Shown here: piece by piece, positions 60,967 to 64,000 of the stretch | Position numbering within the stretch: the stretch's first letter is position 1 | Layout of the letters: every line of letters begins with the position of its first letter | From: Lytechinus pictus | Taxonomy: Eukaryota | Direction of reading: 5' to 3' | NCBI RefSeq assembly: GCF_037042905.1 | Contig: NC_087253.1 | Coordinates: forward strand, 17,546,001 to 17,610,000 | DNA length: 64,000 nucleotides | Made by a program: the position numbers and the translations under genes | Notes under the pieces: model-generated | Seen by the model: only the letters and a program-made list of their open reading frames with translations | Databases searched by the model: none | What the model was told of the DNA's origin: nothing

Positions 60967-62195
60967 TTATACTAGATATATGGACTGCTTTGAGAGGCAT
61001 GGTTGTTTCTAGAGGCTCAAGGGGGCCGCAGCGCGACTATGCCCGAGGGCTTTGCCCGAGGGCATGGTCTGGCCGATGCGGTACCCGCGAGCCGAAAGAA
61101 ACAACCATGTCTCGAATATAAAAGCAGTCCATATATATTTTATGAACCGAATTAACGCTAGATCTAGATCTTAAACAAGTTTTAGGCCTAAAAGCCCTAA
61201 GGCTAAGCCACAGGCTAACATTACATTAGGCCTAACGTGTCGTTAGGCCCTAACTTAATTAGCCCAGCCCCTGACGTTAGGTCTCGAAGTCGAATACTAA
61301 AGCATTCCATACCAATTAGATCTACTGAGTACTGCCACTAGGCCTATTTAGGAACCAAATTAGGGTCTGAACTATAGGCTACCCCAAGTTAAGTTTACTG
61401 ACTTAACGTTAAATCTCCATTAACGTTACAGTCTAAGTTAGATCTAACCGACGTCATGAAGTATGAACGTTAGATCTCGGCTACGTCAAATCCAAAGTAA
61501 GATTAAACGGAACATTACTCATTAGGCCTAACGTTAATTAGATCTAACTTAGATCTTGAATCTACTCTTAACTCCTATAAAAGCTAACGGTAGATTTCAC
61601 GACCTAATTAACGTTGTCGTTTGTCATACCTAACGAGTAGTCTAACGTTAGATTAATTAGAAAGTGCAGTGACCGAACGGTATTATCTTTTCATTCGACT
61701 CACCTTTTGCGAGCATGCATTTCAATGAAAAACTGCAACAAGACTTGATGATTGATACATCCGTTATGTCCTTAATAAGTTAGTCTTCTTTTAAATAATG
61801 CCATATATTTTAACAGGAATCAACAAGCAAAAGACAAAGATCGGCATCTTTCCATCGATGTGACATATCCGTTGCGCGCACTAGCGCTATAAGCGCGTAA
61901 ATGCGCGAATTGTCTAAAACTTCCGATCAAATCGCGCGGATATTTATGGTATCCGCAATCACCGCAGAAAGCAACATTTTGCATGCAATCAAATGGGGAT
62001 CTCGGCCAAATTTTGCCATGCCCGTCGTTAAGGGGTGGGTCAGGGGGCAACGGGCAGAAATCTTGTTAACTATGCCCGTTGCCCTTGGTTACCACCTTAA
62101 TTTGTTGTTTTGAAGGCATGGTCGTTTACATGACCTCAGTTTTGACCAATCAGAGGAACGGATTATTCGACATTCTTAAAGAGAGGTTTATAATA
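60967..62195 (+). mobile_element. Crypton-like non-autonomous element
   Basis: 5' long hairpin (atatatggactgcttt ... aaagcagtccatatat) enclosing gcccgagggctttgcccgagggc; 3' end ccaatcaga...ggtttataata; no TIR or TSD. Family assignment rests on recalled architecture. Confidence 0.55.
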
Positions 62196-62698
62196 GTGTA
62201 TAGATTATTACATTATGTTATATTTACATATCATGCATATGATACGCACCAATTGTCAATGAAAACACGTGTTTGTGTGCGTATAGGGACTCTAGGTAGA
62301 GTGTTTCTATATACAGAGATGTCTCGACAACCTGAAAAAAGTCTAGATTAGGGCAGCGCTAAAGGCTCTCCCTACAGCCATCCCTTTAATTTTTCAAGTA
62401 GTAAAACAAAGAAAAAGAAACACCCCGAAGGAAATGGAAAAATATGAAGAAAGGAGAATATGAAAAATAGACTTCTTGAGTCTAGATAGCCATACGCAAT
62501 TGATAAATTACGTCATTGACGTTTAGTTCGTCTTCTCTATGTTAAATATCCCGGCGCCGCCCTTAAATTCACTTTAAACTATATAAAGACGAAGGTCACG
62601 CAGGTGTAGCTTTAAAGTCCTTTGGAGAATATCGTTTCATCTACATTGCTCCTATGATTATAAAGGGTATTTTGACAAAGGACACGAATGTGTCTTAA

Positions 62699-63292
62699 AG
62701 GGGAATCCAACCCAAATAAAAACTTGTTTTTATAAGAAAAAGAAAAATCAGACAAGTTGATAGGTGAAAGTTTGAACAATATTGGACAAACAACAAGAAA
62801 GTATTGAATTTTTAAAAGTTGTAAATATTGGTAATCACTATACCCATGGAGACTTCAAATTGGCCACATATGGGATGTCATAGTGATGTAAGGCAAGGAC
62901 CACTCTTCCATGTACTCCAATACATATTATGGCTAAAATGTAATTTTTTCCAAAAGTTTTGTTTCAAATTATATTTTTCTTTCATGAGGACATAAAACAA
63001 TATACTACCTGGGTTATATTTAGATTACTGCCCCAGGGGAATGGGTACTTAGGAGAAAACCACAAATCCCTGATAATAAAGTACATGGCCTATGGGAAAG
63101 TTGTCCTTGCCCCTTGTCATGATTTACTTACCCAGTTGCCAATTTGAAATCTACATAGTATTAGTGATCTAAATTTTAAAGCAGCTATAATTTCTTCTTG
63201 CTTGTCCGATTTCTTTCACACTTTCACCACTCTGTTTAATTTATTTTTCTCCTTCCCAACACAACATTTAATGGCCAAGGCTGGATTCCCCT
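62699..63292. mobile_element. Kolobok-like MITE, copy 2 of 390-984
   Basis: TTAA-aggggaatccaacc ... ggctggattcccct-TTAA; highly similar to copy 1. Confidence 0.85.
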
Positions 63293-64000
63293 TTAAGGGT
63301 TGACGGCATAGGTGTGAGTGGGTGTGTGTATTTTATCATTCAATATTTATTACATGTATTATTAGGTTACATAGAGGGTCGGGGCTGAGCTCAGTTTTGT
63401 TTTCATTAAGTATAAAAATATATTCTTGAAGGTATATCATTCCATCATTATTTGCTTCAGTTTGTTTGGTAAATATTTTTGTATTTTCTTGGTGATATAA
63501 AATGAAGATTTGTAAATTTTCAGTGTTGTATTTAGCTTAATGAAATCCTTAATAAAAACATCTTGAAAAAATGCGGGTTGGGTATATATTACACTAATCC
63601 AACCTTTTGTTTTATGTTATTTTTTTTTATTTCGTGATTGTGACTTTATATATCGATATTCATTTTTACTACTTCTTAAAAAAGAGTGTTTGTGCTCTTC
63701 CCGTAATTCATTAATTTTTTTTTTCCAATTCGCAAAAAAAAAAATTGAACTCTACCTTGAGTATGTACCACTCAGCAGGCTCCTGAAACCAATGGAACAA
63801 TAAGACTATACTAAAGATAACACATCACTTTCAGTGAATAAAATAGTTTTATTAGAAATCGAAAAGACATTTCCTGACAAAAATTATGAAAACTCGCAGC
63901 CCATATCACACTTTTGGGATATTTTAGTACAAATTACATCCCAGATATTACTCAGTACAAATTGTTACATTACACACATCATGCACATCCAGTGATCAAG

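Overview
AT-rich, repeat-dense animal genomic DNA, not prokaryotic. The MITE, SINE and LINE repertoire suggests an echinoderm such as a sea urchin (inference). The only convincing protein-coding genes are four paralogous GT31 (beta-1,3-glycosyltransferase, Galactosyl_T family) genes, each with an uninterrupted CDS: A(-) 2950-4044, B(+) 10857-11951, C(-) 29922-31115 and D(+) 41719-42819. Their layout is a mirror image (A resembles D, B resembles C). All four depart from the canonical type II Golgi GT31 design in the same ways: a second, C-terminal hydrophobic membrane segment, a conserved stem motif, and shared substitutions in family motifs (IRETY for IRxTWG, SIDDD for KxDDD, YPVSP(Y/F)G, no C-terminal His at the usual position). 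B and C share a 116-bp perfectly identical tract over the acceptor-binding region, which suggests gene conversion. The rest of the window is non-autonomous DNA transposons (TTAA Kolobok-like, TAA PIF/Harbinger-like, hAT-like, CACT-ended, Crypton-like, Helentron-like), tRNA-derived SINEs, LINE fragments (one triple nesting), microsatellites, a 298-N assembly gap and a possible decayed SH2/SOCS-box pseudogene. Repeat boundaries were read by eye and may be off by a few bases.
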